64,000 nucleotides of DNA from an uncultured bacterium (lineage in GTDB: Bacteria; UBP4; UBA4092). Below, in pieces: positions 48,359 through 58,326 of this stretch. The stretch covers positions 62,001-126,000 of the forward strand of contig CAZXWN010000003.1 in the NCBI GenBank assembly GCA_964644695.1. The letters are read 5' to 3'. Position 1 is the first letter of the stretch. Each line of letters begins with the position of its first letter. The notes below the pieces were generated by a model, which did no database searches, was not told the origin of the DNA, and saw only the letters and a list, made by a program, of their open reading frames with translations. Both the position numbers and the translations under genes were made by a program.

Positions 48359-49429
48359 TTAGAAATACTTCTTTTTGAAGAAGAGAGCGACACCTACCAG
48401 GCCGATGAGAACGGGTACTTCCACCAGGGGCCCAATGACTGCCGCAAAGGCCTGACCGGAGTGAATACCAAACACGGCAACAGCTACGGCAATGGCTAAT
48501 TCAAAATTATTACTGGCGGCAGTGAAGGATAAAGTCGCTGTTTTCGCATAATCAGCTTTTAACCATTTCCCCATTGCAAAAGAGACGAGGAACATCACTA
48601 TGAAGTAAATGAGCAGGGGAACGGCGACCCGAACGACATCCATCGGGAGACGGACGATGTATTCACCTTTCAGTGAGAACATGACGAGGATGGTAAACAA
48701 TAAGGCGATTAATGTCAGGGGACTGATTCGGGGAATAAACTTGGTGGTGTACCACTCGTTTCCTTTTTTCTTTAAGGCGATAAACCGGGTCAACATTCCG
48801 CCCAGAAAAGGGATCCCCAGATAGATGAAAACACTGACAGCGATATCTTTAATCGAAATGGGAACAATGGCGCCATTCATCCCAATCAGGGGTGGAATGA
48901 CCGTGATAAACAGCCAGGCGTACAGGGAAAAGAAAAGAACCTGAAAAATGGAATTGAAGGCTACCAGACCCGCCGCATATTCGGTATCTCCTTCTGCTAA
49001 ATCATTCCAGACAATCACCATGGCGATACATCTTGCCAGGCCGATGAGAATCAATCCAATCATTAATTCGGGATAATTCCGAAGGAAGGTTACCGCCAGA
49101 CCGAACATCAACAGGGGCCCCACCACCCAGTTTTGAACCAGGGATAACAGGAGAACTTTTTTGTTTTTGAACACATCGCCCAGTTGTTCATATTTCACTT
49201 TAGCCAAAGGTGGATACATCATCACAATCAATCCAATAGCAATGGGAAGATTTGTGGTACCGATGGATAATTTATCCCAGAAGCGGGTTATTGCGGGATA
49301 CAGGTATCCCCCCAGAACTCCGATGCCCATCGCCAGGAAAATCCATAAGGTGAGGTAACGGTCCAGGAAGGAGAGCTTTTGAGTAATACTTTTTTTAGGT
49401 TGTGAGTTACATCCACAGGTGCATGACAT
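48359..49429 (-). CDS. acr3: Arsenite efflux transporter, ACR3 family
   Basis: [37 protein letters not shown] and GPLVEVP. Confidence 0.96.
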   Translation of the reverse strand: MSCTCGCNSQPKKSITQKLSFLDRYLTLWIFLAMGIGVLGGYLYPAITRFWDKLSIGTTNLPIAIGLIVMMYPPLAKVKYEQLGDVFKNKKVLLLSLVQNWVVGPLLMFGLAVTFLRNYPELMIGLILIGLARCIAMVIVWNDLAEGDTEYAAGLVAFNSIFQVLFFSLYAWLFITVIPPLIGMNGAIVPISIKDIAVSVFIYLGIPFLGGMLTRFIALKKKGNEWYTTKFIPRISPLTLIALLFTILVMFSLKGEYIVRLPMDVVRVAVPLLIYFIVMFLVSFAMGKWLKADYAKTATLSFTAASNNFELAIAVAVAVFGIHSGQAFAAVIGPLVEVPVLIGLVGVALFFKKKYF

Positions 49430-49445
49430 TTGTGAGTTCCTTTAG

Positions 49446-49844
49446 TTATTGAGTTAGTTCATTAATGAGGTTTTCAACACGGACCCGAATCTGGTCTCGA
49501 ATTTCCCGGACTTTCTCCAGAGGCTGGTCTTTCGGGTCATCCAGTCCCCAGTCTTCGGATACCAGAAATCGGACGGGGCAGGCTTCGGTATCTACTCCAC
49601 AACCCATGGTGATGATTCGGTCAGCGGACTGGACCATTTCGGTTGTCATCATTTTAGGTGTGTGGGTGGTCAGGTCATACCCCAGTTCATTCATGGCAAT
49701 GATGGCCATGGGATTAATTTGCGTTCCGGGGATGGTTCCGGCAGATTCAGCTTCAATTTTGCCCTGACCGAGCATGCGGGCAAAGGCTTCCGCCATTTGG
49801 CTTCGGCCGGCATTATGTACGCATACAAAGATGACTTTTTTCAT
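49446..49844 (-). CDS. arsC: Arsenate reductase (thioredoxin-coupled, LMW-PTP fold)
   Basis: CVHNAGRSQMAE, TMGCG...CP and DWGLDDP. Confidence 0.92.
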   Translation of the reverse strand: MKKVIFVCVHNAGRSQMAEAFARMLGQGKIEAESAGTIPGTQINPMAIIAMNELGYDLTTHTPKMMTTEMVQSADRIITMGCGVDTEACPVRFLVSEDWGLDDPKDQPLEKVREIRDQIRVRVENLINELTQ

Positions 49845-49867
49845 ATCAGGCTCCAAAGTGGTTCAGG

Positions 49868-50932
49868 TTAAAGAACGATATTGAATAGAAAACCTACAAT
49901 CATGATTCCGATACTGACAACTCCCAGGAATACAAAAATCAGGGGAAGTTTCAGGACTTTACGGAGGATAATGGTTTCCGGGAGGGATAACCCAATGACA
50001 GCCATCATGAAGGCCAGGGATGTCCCCAGAGCCGCTCCCTTTTCTAACAAGGCTTGGACAATCGGAATAATACCTGCGGCATTGGCATACATGGGAACAC
50101 CCATCAAAACCGCAGCCGGTACGGACCACCAGGCACCTTTACCCATAATAGAGACCATTAATCCTTCAGGGACATAACCATGAATCAAGGCTCCGACAGC
50201 AATACCCACGATAATATAAGGCCAGACTTTACCGACCACATCTTTGACGGATTGCCATGCTCTCTGAACCCGGTCAGTCCAGGTCAGCACCTCATTCGTT
50301 TCTGTTTTATCCATCCGGACTGTCAGGACCCAGTCTTCAATGTAGCGTTCCAGTTTTAACCGTCCGATGATCCACCCGGAGATAATCGCTATCAGTAAAC
50401 CGGTTCCGATATATAAGGCTGTTACTTTCCATCCAAATAATCCGAAGAGTAAAACAATGGCGACTTCATTGATCATCGGAGCCGCAATCAGAAAAGAAAG
50501 GGTCACACCCAGGGGGATCCCTGCTTCAACAAATCCTACAAACAGGGGAACGGCTGAACAGGAACAAAAGGGGGTCACAATTCCCAGACAGGCCGACATG
50601 ATATTTCCAATCCATTCCTTTTTCCCGGACAGGATGGTTCTGACCCGCTGTGGAGTGACGAAGGTTTGAACCAGCCCAATCACAAAGACAGCAAAGGTCA
50701 GTAACATTAAAACCTTGGGCGTGTCATAAAGGAAAAACTGGACGGCCGACCCCAAATGAGAGGAGGGACTTAGTTTCATTAAATCAAAGGTCAGGTATTT
50801 GGAGACAGGATCCAAAACAAAATAAATCCCAAACCAAACCACTGCCGCCAGAATCAACAACTTCCAAATATGAGACGATTTTTTACTCTCGGAGGAACAA
50901 CAACATCCATTCGGTTCACAGCAATTACTCAT
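49868..50932 (-). CDS. arsP: ArsP/DUF318 permease
   Basis: TPFCSCS, APMINE, GVPMY and LSLPE; located in the ars operon. Confidence 0.88.
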   Translation of the reverse strand: MSNCCEPNGCCCSSESKKSSHIWKLLILAAVVWFGIYFVLDPVSKYLTFDLMKLSPSSHLGSAVQFFLYDTPKVLMLLTFAVFVIGLVQTFVTPQRVRTILSGKKEWIGNIMSACLGIVTPFCSCSAVPLFVGFVEAGIPLGVTLSFLIAAPMINEVAIVLLFGLFGWKVTALYIGTGLLIAIISGWIIGRLKLERYIEDWVLTVRMDKTETNEVLTWTDRVQRAWQSVKDVVGKVWPYIIVGIAVGALIHGYVPEGLMVSIMGKGAWWSVPAAVLMGVPMYANAAGIIPIVQALLEKGAALGTSLAFMMAVIGLSLPETIILRKVLKLPLIFVFLGVVSIGIMIVGFLFNIVL

Positions 50933-51248
50933 TGGAACAGCACCCCTTCCCCGAATTTATCTTCTCCGCGGCAACTGAATTAAGGAATTCACAGGGGCCG
51001 GATTTGATAGCTTCCCTATTAAGGGAGTAATGGATCCATTGCCCTTCCCGGCGGCTATTGACTAAACCGGAATTTTTCAACACACTCATGTGATGTGAGA
51101 TAGCAGGCTGGCCCAGTTTCAGGGTCTCCACAATATGACACACACACATATCCCCCTGTTCGGATAACATCCGTACAATCTGTAATCGGGTGGGGTCACC
51201 CAGTGCCTTAAACATCTCTACCATAGTCTTTGTCCATTCGTATATCAA
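50925..51248 (-). CDS. arsR: ArsR/SmtB family regulator (start may be ATG 51224)
   Basis: FKALGDPTRL, MCVCH, QPAISHH, C-terminal CC; overlaps the arsP start. Confidence 0.93.
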   Translation of the reverse strand: MIYEWTKTMVEMFKALGDPTRLQIVRMLSEQGDMCVCHIVETLKLGQPAISHHMSVLKNSGLVNSRREGQWIHYSLNREAIKSGPCEFLNSVAAEKINSGKGCCSNE

Positions 51249-51262
51249 TATATGTTTATATA
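51241..51262. promoter_or_regulatory. Probable ArsR operator
   Basis: TATATCAA-tatatg-TTTATATA imperfect inverted repeat at the arsR start. Confidence 0.5.
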
Positions 51263-51393
51263 TTAATACAAAAAAGAATCTCCAGTAAAGAGGGTGACGG
51301 AAAATTTTTGGATATTTGAGACTGAAAAAGGTTATTTCCGGGAAATCAAACTGGATTTGTAGGGAGACAGTTTGACGGAAGAAAGGTCCAAAT

Positions 51394-51431
51394 CACGGAG
51401 CTGCTCGGACCCGCTCCGTACCTTCTTCGTT
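51394..51431. repeat. Dispersed palindromic repeat, copy 2 (core only)
   Basis: CACGGAGCTGCTCGGACCCGCTCCGTACCTTCTTCGTT. Confidence 0.75.
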
Positions 51432-51489
51432 GAGGAGATGAAAAATCGCCAGAATGGCAGGGTATGAGAATGGGGACCTCAAACTAGAT

Positions 51490-53181
51490 TTATACAGTTT
51501 TCCTGCGGAATAGACTTCTTATTAATGTGGATTGAGTTTTTTCTTCGCTTGGGGTCGGTGTTTCCAGTAATCTCCATGCGAAGGCTGAAACCCGGAGGTT
51601 ACAGTAGGAACACCCAGAGAGTAGTGCAAGCACACATGAAACTATCCATACCATAATTGAATGATTTCTATATAAGTCGAATACCTCCTCATGTGAATCA
51701 AATATAAATAAGCAGGTGATAAGGATAGAAGTTAGAAGGGCAAGCAATAGATGTTTTTTAGTAATTATTTTTAATTGAATGCCTTTTAATAACATAGATA
51801 TCTGCAGGGAAATATATATGGCTGCCAGTATGTAAAGTGACACATAGAAGACTGCTCCGAGAATGCTTAGTATGCCATAACAGATTGAAATCCAAAGTAT
51901 AATTGCAAAAAGGGTTCCGTATAGATTTTTCTGTCTGGAAACAAAGCGATTTATGGGTTTATTTAATCGCAAATAATCTAAGGGGAAAGCCATGATAAAC
52001 ATTGGGATATTTAATATGAGAGATATGACGAAACCAGAATATAGGAATTCAGGAGTCAATTCACCCGGCCCATCAAAGGACAAATTTCTAAGTCTGCAGA
52101 CTAATAGAATCCCCCAATATATCAACAACATTACAATGAAAACACCATAAAACAGGCGAGCTTTTGCTTTGAAATAATCCTCATTGGACAGGGGCAGGAG
52201 CTTCTTCCACTGTGTAGAACTGCTGGAAATGGTCATATATAAGAAATAAGACAGGATAGTAACAAGCGGTATTATCCCGGTTGAGAGTAAATATTCTTGG
52301 CGGAGGTCCATATATTCGAGAAGTGCACCGCCAAACCAGATGACGGCAAAGAGTACATGAAATATGAGCAAGTTGAACATAGTCTTTCTATCTTGTAGAA
52401 GCCATGTGAAGTTAGCTCCTTTGGAAAATCTCCGATTTGGAAGGGGAATCCATTGGCGGGGTTTTTGAATCCCCTGGATGATTGCAAACCATAGTGTGGA
52501 AAGATGATTTTGATTGTGTGAGGAGTTTCGGTTGTGACGAATCTCTACTAAGTGGGTATATATCAGGATTTTGGATAACCACAACTGGGTGATGGTGAGA
52601 GTGGTAAACAGAATCAGTTTCAGGGGGGACCCCTTCACATAAAAACCTGCCAGAACAGAGACTCCAAGAGCAATCAGGTATGAAACAATAATCCCGGGAT
52701 GGTAAAAGAGAGTCTGCAGAAATCTGCTGATCATGAAGAAGGCAATATATACAAAGGTTGTTATTTGAATGGAGACCATAACTGCCAGTCCGTATTCCAA
52801 AAGAGACAGTTTTGTTAATAATGGGGAAAAAGCGATTAACATGATGGGAATGGCACTGAGACAGGTTGGAATCCAAAGTATTTTTGTTAACTCTCTGTCT
52901 CCCAATGGTTGAGTTAGAAACCATGTAGGATATTTATGTGTTGGGAAAGCGATTAATACCAAATGGTAAAGAGCCGCTGCCTGAAAAAGAAAACCAATCC
53001 CCAAAGCCAGAAATAATAACTCGAAAAGTTGTCCCGGCTCACCGGGTTCGCTGGGTAGTCTGGTGATGAGATAAGATGCCAGGATCAATCCAAGCCAGAA
53101 TAACGGACTTCGGAAAGATTTGAAAGCCATTCTCAATAGAGACTTGGCTCCGGTATTTTCTACTTCAATTACTTTATCCAT
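51490..53181 (-). CDS. Putative ABC exporter permease, type A paralog
   Basis: Polytopic membrane protein in the ABC operon; shares LTxPLxDxEL, QWxKLLP and SYCN motifs with 54335..56122. Confidence 0.7.
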   Translation of the reverse strand: MDKVIEVENTGAKSLLRMAFKSFRSPLFWLGLILASYLITRLPSEPGEPGQLFELLFLALGIGFLFQAAALYHLVLIAFPTHKYPTWFLTQPLGDRELTKILWIPTCLSAIPIMLIAFSPLLTKLSLLEYGLAVMVSIQITTFVYIAFFMISRFLQTLFYHPGIIVSYLIALGVSVLAGFYVKGSPLKLILFTTLTITQLWLSKILIYTHLVEIRHNRNSSHNQNHLSTLWFAIIQGIQKPRQWIPLPNRRFSKGANFTWLLQDRKTMFNLLIFHVLFAVIWFGGALLEYMDLRQEYLLSTGIIPLVTILSYFLYMTISSSSTQWKKLLPLSNEDYFKAKARLFYGVFIVMLLIYWGILLVCRLRNLSFDGPGELTPEFLYSGFVISLILNIPMFIMAFPLDYLRLNKPINRFVSRQKNLYGTLFAIILWISICYGILSILGAVFYVSLYILAAIYISLQISMLLKGIQLKIITKKHLLLALLTSILITCLFIFDSHEEVFDLYRNHSIMVWIVSCVLALLSGCSYCNLRVSAFAWRLLETPTPSEEKTQSTLIRSLFRRKTV

Positions 53182-53335
53182 TATTTTGGATTATCTCCTC
53201 AGGAAAATCATTGTTTTTTAAAAACAGATTTGTACCAGGGCGTGTTATATATTTGTTTTTCTTCAATAGGGGTGTCAATGTCTTGTGTGGTCATCCACCA
53301 TGCGTCCATTTTTGCATTGCAATAGGAGGAAGCCA
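53111..53335. repeat. ~225-bp direct repeat (second copy at 54238-54462)
   Basis: Covers the permease-B 3' end, the intergenic SD and the permease-A 5' end; about 11 mismatches by my count. Confidence 0.9.
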
Positions 53336-54209
53336 TAATCAGCGATGGTACAAATAGTAAAGGGATGGGAAAATAGTAACCTCCACAAAATATAGCCTCT
53401 GACATTGGAGTATAGTCGTTACTAGCAAGCCAGAAAATTGTGACGAAACCCCATAAAAATGTGATTAATGGTGTAGCGATTACAACACTATAAATGTTTG
53501 TTTTAGATAAAACCTTATGCGCAGCTCCGTATTGGAGTAATCGAGTCTGAGCTGTTCCCATGAAAATTGAGGGAAGGATAATTGGCACTATCGCAAATAG
53601 TAGTAGAGTGATAATTCCAAAAGCTTCGGCATCCACCAAAAAAATGAAATATGGTATCAACATAAGAAATAACAAACTTAAAAACGATAATGTAAAAGAC
53701 ATCTTATAAATCCGTGGCATTTCCACTAAATGTTCCATAATCTTCAATGGGAATGTCGTTCGGCTGCTCATGAATGCAAGGAAGAATGCTCCTTCAAACA
53801 CCCAAAGATATACATCTAACATATCATCCGCCTTGATGCGATAAAATAGCTGGATGATAATGGTTCCCAGGATTAAAGAGAGGATAATCATAGTGGGGAA
53901 ATAAAAAGCTTTATAAAGTCGGCTTTTAACTACTACAGATTCAGATGCGGGTAATAGTTTTATCCACTGAGCAGAGGTTATTAATCCGCGCTGTTTATTG
54001 ATAAATAGCATAATTATTAATAATAAAAATAGTGGGATGATTCCGTTAAAAAGAACATCAAAGTCTTCCTGACTGAGAAAAATAAGCAACGCGAGTAATG
54101 AAATACACTGAGCAATTTGGTCTTCTTGTTTTTGGTTTCTGGACAATCTTCCCAATTTGACCCAGGGATTATGAACAGATGGTAAGAAGGAAAATCCTCG
54201 TTTATGCAT
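53208..54209 (-). CDS. N-terminally truncated type B permease copy (half-size protein or pseudogene)
   Basis: Homologous to the C-terminal ~60% of 54335..56122; its ATG directly follows the TAA of the 32-aa remnant (TAAATG). Confidence 0.7.
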   Translation of the reverse strand: MHKRGFSFLPSVHNPWVKLGRLSRNQKQEDQIAQCISLLALLIFLSQEDFDVLFNGIIPLFLLLIIMLFINKQRGLITSAQWIKLLPASESVVVKSRLYKAFYFPTMIILSLILGTIIIQLFYRIKADDMLDVYLWVFEGAFFLAFMSSRTTFPLKIMEHLVEMPRIYKMSFTLSFLSLLFLMLIPYFIFLVDAEAFGIITLLLFAIVPIILPSIFMGTAQTRLLQYGAAHKVLSKTNIYSVVIATPLITFLWGFVTIFWLASNDYTPMSEAIFCGGYYFPIPLLFVPSLIMASSYCNAKMDAWWMTTQDIDTPIEEKQIYNTPWYKSVFKKQ

Positions 54210-54308
54210 TTATTTCACTCCACAACCTTCCCAGCCACGGAAAGATTTGAAAGCCATCCTCAATAGAGAGTTGGCTCCGGCATTTTCAATTTCAATTACT
54301 TTATCCAT
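54210..54308 (-). pseudogene. Remnant of a second type A permease, fused out of frame to permease B sequence
   Basis: MDKVIEIENAGANSLLRMAFKSFR matches the N-terminus of 51490..53181. The sequence then switches to TGGCTGGGAAGGTTGTGG, which is WLGRLW of permease B in another frame. Confidence 0.8.
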
Positions 54309-54334
54309 TATTTGGGATTATCTCCTCAGGAAAA

Positions 54335-56122
54335 TTATTGTTTTTTAAAAACAGATTTGTACCAGGGCGTGTTATATATTTGTTTCTCTTCAATAGGGGT
54401 GTCGATGTCCTGTGTGGTCATCCACCATGCGTCCATTTTTGCATTGCAATAGGAGGAGGCCACAACCAGCGCCGGTACAAATGAAAACAAGAGGAGTCCA
54501 TAACAATTTCTATCGTATATGTTATCGGATGTATTGATATTATATGTTCCCAGAACCCACGAGAGCATAATCAGAATGGTGCTGATTCCCACCCACAGTA
54601 GATTGGTTTTAGATAAAACCTTATGTGCAGCTCCATATTGGAGTAATCGAATCTGAGCTATTCCCATGAGGATTACGGGAAGGATGATTGGAATAAATGT
54701 TATAAAAAATACTCCCAATGTTGATCCATATTCTTCAATAAAAAAACTCAGGTCAGAGTGATTCGCTGAGAAGATAGTCGACAACAGTGATATGAAGAGT
54801 CCCAAAATTACAACAGGCATCATTACAATATAAAGCAATCCAAGGGCGACGAAAAACGATAATGTAAAAGACAGCTTATAAATCCGTGGCATTTTTACCA
54901 GATGTTCCATAATCTTCAATGGAAATATCGTTCGGCTGCCCAGGAATATGAGTAGACATGAACCTTGAAATACTAAAAAGGATATGAGTGACATACCTTC
55001 CATCTCAATGTAATTGAGCCGATACAGGATAAGATAAACCACTAATCCCAGAATTGCAGACAGGATAATCATAGTGGGGAAATAAAAAGCTTTATAAAGT
55101 CGGCTTTTAACCATCACAGATTCAGGCACGGGTAATAGTTTCATCCATTGGGTAGAGGATAATACCCCGCGTTTTCTATTGATGAATACCAGAATCATGG
55201 ATATTAGGTATGGTGCAAAGAGTGCTTCAAGTGGAAATTGATGGATGAAAAGAAAATGGACCTCTGCGAGCATGATTGTAAAAGAAAGAAATAAGATAAA
55301 CTGACTTACCTGGTATTCTGGCTTTAGTTTTCTAGACAATCTTCCCAATTTGACCCAGGGAGTATGAATGCCTGACAAGAAGGACTGACCAAGGTAAAAC
55401 GCGAGTGTGTTCACCCTGAAAAATCTGACTTCTCGCCACAATCTTCCCAGCCACAGGATTGTGGAGATTTGATGGCGGCTGAGACGAACATACAGACTGA
55501 TCATCAAAAGAAACGTCGCATAAGACGTTGCATAATAGAGAAACAACCATTGCCCTGAATCCAGATAGGTTTGCAGCCAGACCACGAAACAAGTGATGCA
55601 AACGCCCAGCAGGAGATTTAAAAGAAATTTCATATCTATTTTCAAAATGATATAAAACAAGTAAACAAGACTTGAGAAATAGAAACTACTGATTGAAACC
55701 TTTAGGTAGTCGGTAAATGAAAGGGATGTCAGTAAGTAGGCATTAAGCAAAATCGTTATTACTGGATAGAACACCAGAACTGGAAAAGAATACAACAAAA
55801 CCAGTTCCAAGTCAGTGAGGGGTTTGGTCAGGTAGTAGCTATTTATTTTCCGGGCGTGAAAGATATCCTTTGTGAAGAAATAAGTGAGTAGGATGCTAAA
55901 TATGTATACTCCAAGTCTCACCAGAAGACAAAGAATAGGTAGTAATATTTGTTTAGCAATCTGGGGTGTATGATGTGAAATGAATATTGCTGCGATAGAG
56001 ATACTAAACAGGACCGCAATCCCAATGCAGATCAATATCCATGGTTTCAGGCTCTCTTTGAGGCAATGTTTTAACAGGAATTTGAATCCCGGGGAAATGT
56101 ATGATTGATTATTCGATGTCAT
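54335..56122 (-). CDS. Putative ABC exporter permease, type B paralog (full length)
   Basis: Polytopic membrane protein directly downstream of the ABC ATPase. Confidence 0.72.
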   Translation of the reverse strand: MTSNNQSYISPGFKFLLKHCLKESLKPWILICIGIAVLFSISIAAIFISHHTPQIAKQILLPILCLLVRLGVYIFSILLTYFFTKDIFHARKINSYYLTKPLTDLELVLLYSFPVLVFYPVITILLNAYLLTSLSFTDYLKVSISSFYFSSLVYLFYIILKIDMKFLLNLLLGVCITCFVVWLQTYLDSGQWLFLYYATSYATFLLMISLYVRLSRHQISTILWLGRLWREVRFFRVNTLAFYLGQSFLSGIHTPWVKLGRLSRKLKPEYQVSQFILFLSFTIMLAEVHFLFIHQFPLEALFAPYLISMILVFINRKRGVLSSTQWMKLLPVPESVMVKSRLYKAFYFPTMIILSAILGLVVYLILYRLNYIEMEGMSLISFLVFQGSCLLIFLGSRTIFPLKIMEHLVKMPRIYKLSFTLSFFVALGLLYIVMMPVVILGLFISLLSTIFSANHSDLSFFIEEYGSTLGVFFITFIPIILPVILMGIAQIRLLQYGAAHKVLSKTNLLWVGISTILIMLSWVLGTYNINTSDNIYDRNCYGLLLFSFVPALVVASSYCNAKMDAWWMTTQDIDTPIEEKQIYNTPWYKSVFKKQ

Positions 56123-56155
56123 GATTGATTTCTCAGTGTCATTCGTCGTCGCTTT

Positions 56156-57079
56156 TTAATTGTTGACCGTTTCTGTAAAGATGGTCCGGGGACGATCTAC
56201 CAACATCAGAAAGAGGTCTTCCAATGTCGGATGAGAAATCCGTTGGATCTCTCCCCCGTGTTGAAGAATAGCGGTTTGGACGAAATCTTCTGATTGATCA
56301 AACAGGAGACTCCACTCGGTGTCATTAAATTTGGATTTAATCAGGCCGTGGCCATATTCCAGGGCGGTTGGGGGTATGGGGAAGGTGGCTTCCACCATAA
56401 TGTACTTGCTCTTGAGGTCATCCAGTCGTCCCGTCAAGAGACATTTGCCCTGAGAAATCAGGGTCACATTGTCAGAGACCTGTTCCACTTCTGTGAGGAT
56501 ATGGGAAGAGAACAGGACCGTATGGCCTTTTTGAGTCACAGTGTGGATGACTTCTCTCAGGATGTCTCGGCGTACGATGGGGTCCAGACCCGAAGAGGGT
56601 TCATCCAGGATCAGGAGTTCTGGATGGTGGGAGACGGCAAGAATGAGGCCCGCCTGTGCTCTTTGACCCCGTGAGTACCGGGATACCTTTTGCAGCGGGT
56701 CGAGACCGAAGTCCCCCGTAAGCTTCATGGCATACTCCATGTCCCAGTTCGGATAAAAGGGTGCAGTGAATTCCAACAGGTCCCGGAAATACATCCAGTC
56801 TGGCATGTCCCGGTCCTCAGAAAGATAACCTACACGAGAAAGGACAGGGACAGGCTCTTTGGCCGGGTCATGCCCGAAGATTCGAATCGATCCTGACTGA
56901 GGTTTTAAAAGTCCCAGAAGATGTCGCAATAGGGTTGTTTTCCCAGCCCCATTTTCCCCAACGAGACCATGAACCGTTCCCGGACTTATTTCCAACGATA
57001 CATCCTGTAACACTGCTTTTGTCCCGAATAGTCGATGTAGATTATTGACCTGCACTACGGATGGTATTGCTTCTGTCAT
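56156..57079 (-). CDS. ABC transporter ATP-binding protein (YtrB-like)
   Basis: Walker A GENGAGKT, signature YSRGQ, Walker B LLILDEP, SSH switch and LEDLF tail. Confidence 0.94.
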   Translation of the reverse strand: MTEAIPSVVQVNNLHRLFGTKAVLQDVSLEISPGTVHGLVGENGAGKTTLLRHLLGLLKPQSGSIRIFGHDPAKEPVPVLSRVGYLSEDRDMPDWMYFRDLLEFTAPFYPNWDMEYAMKLTGDFGLDPLQKVSRYSRGQRAQAGLILAVSHHPELLILDEPSSGLDPIVRRDILREVIHTVTQKGHTVLFSSHILTEVEQVSDNVTLISQGKCLLTGRLDDLKSKYIMVEATFPIPPTALEYGHGLIKSKFNDTEWSLLFDQSEDFVQTAILQHGGEIQRISHPTLEDLFLMLVDRPRTIFTETVNN

Positions 57080-57462
57080 TGTTTATCCCCTTTGATTGCT
57101 GAAAATCGCTGCCGGAGGATTTGGATAAGGTCTTCGAGTTCCAAACCCATCTGGTCCGCTTCAACGATTAATGTGTCTATATTTTTCTCCAATGAGAGGT
57201 TCATGGATTTTCGGCTGAATATCGGTGCCCCCATGGCGATGCGAGTCCCACCCCCCTGACGAGTTTCAACGATGCCGGTAATCTCCAGCTCTTTATAGGC
57301 TCGTGCGATGGTATTGGGATTAATCAGGAGAATGTCGGCCAGTTTTCGGATTGCCGGAAGTTCATCACCGGGTTTTAGTTTCCCCGACGCTAATCCAAAT
57401 TTGACCTGCCGGATGATCTGCTGATAAATTGGGGTCCCGTCTTGTCTTATCGTGAATTTCAT
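57076..57462 (-). CDS. GntR family regulator, YtrA subfamily
   Basis: PIYQQI, LKPGDELPAIRKLA and NPNTIARAYKELE; short C-terminal domain; ATGA overlap with the ATPase gene. Confidence 0.93.
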   Translation of the reverse strand: MKFTIRQDGTPIYQQIIRQVKFGLASGKLKPGDELPAIRKLADILLINPNTIARAYKELEITGIVETRQGGGTRIAMGAPIFSRKSMNLSLEKNIDTLIVEADQMGLELEDLIQILRQRFSAIKGDKQ

Positions 57463-57463
57463 A

Positions 57464-57503
57464 TTGTACTAGCACGTTAGTACAAGTGAGAAATGTTTGT
57501 CAA
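57464..57503 (-). promoter_or_regulatory. YtrA-type operator palindrome overlapping the promoter
   Basis: TTGTACTA-gcacgt-TAGTACAA (57464-57485) immediately before the ATG; TTGACA at 57503-57498. Confidence 0.75.
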
Positions 57504-57613
57504 TACTTTTTTTACAAAACGAATCGGGCAGGTTCAACCAAATGATATATAATCAGGGTAATAGAAGGTATATGCCTTTGTGGTTAAGACCGTAAAAAGG
57601 AGATGAGGAATCC

Positions 57614-58270
57614 ATGAGCAAACGATTACGAATAGGGATACTATTATCAGTGGTGGCGTTATTGGTTGGCTGTGCAGTAATTACCGTGAATGTATATTTC
57701 CCGGAAAAAGACATTAACCAGGCGTACACAACCCTGGAAGACGAATTGATGAAAGCCGGCCAGAAGAAGGCACCTGATCCGGCCAAGACGGATGATAAGC
57801 AGTCTTCAGTTCCTTTCCTGTACCGTCTGATAACCCCCGCCAGTGCTGCGGATATTCGAGGTGATGATGAGTCAGGCCTTTCGAAGGATCTGGTTGTCAA
57901 AATCAAAGCGAATCCAGATGTCGTTCAAGCCTACAAGAGTATTGGTGAACGGTTGGGCCAAATCGACGGCTTACGCGGTGATGGGACGGTAGGCGAAGGC
58001 AACAACGGTCTTTTAGTGATCCGTGCTGATGAAGAGGGATTGGACAAGAGAGTTGTCAAATCTATCCGCGATGAAAATCGTGACCGGTCCGTTATTATGG
58101 CGGGAATGGCGAAGGCCATGCGCGAAGTCAGAAACTTACCGGATAATGAAGAAAACCGGAAAGAAACCCTTAAACAGGCGACGGACCAGTTTGCTAAATT
58201 GCGTTCGGATAAAGCCAAATCCGGTTGGTGGGTACAGGGCAAAGACGGTAAATGGGCACAGAAGAAGTAA
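57614..58270 (+). CDS. DUF1318/YdbL-like lipoprotein
   Basis: Lipobox LVGC, ITVNVYFPE, VGEGNNGLL, ENRDR and GWWVQ..DGKW. Confidence 0.75.
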   Translation: MSKRLRIGILLSVVALLVGCAVITVNVYFPEKDINQAYTTLEDELMKAGQKKAPDPAKTDDKQSSVPFLYRLITPASAADIRGDDESGLSKDLVVKIKANPDVVQAYKSIGERLGQIDGLRGDGTVGEGNNGLLVIRADEEGLDKRVVKSIRDENRDRSVIMAGMAKAMREVRNLPDNEENRKETLKQATDQFAKLRSDKAKSGWWVQGKDGKWAQKK

Positions 58271-58294
58271 CGTAATAAAATCAATGTGAAATAT

Positions 58295-58324
58295 AAAGGC
58301 CGGTCAATACGACCGGCCTTTTTT
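58295..58324. terminator. Bidirectional terminator
   Basis: AAAGGCCGGTC-aatac-GACCGGCCTTTTTT. Confidence 0.85.
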
Positions 58325-58326
58325 AT

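Noticed and set aside
46300..51450. CD3324/rsgA/ars block as a defined mobile element
   Set aside because: No integrase, transposase, terminal repeats or att sites found; the accessory origin is only an inference.
51490..56122. Permease repeats as a diversity-generating retroelement (TR/VR pair)
   Set aside because: No reverse transcriptase in the window, and the differences include indels and are not restricted to adenines.
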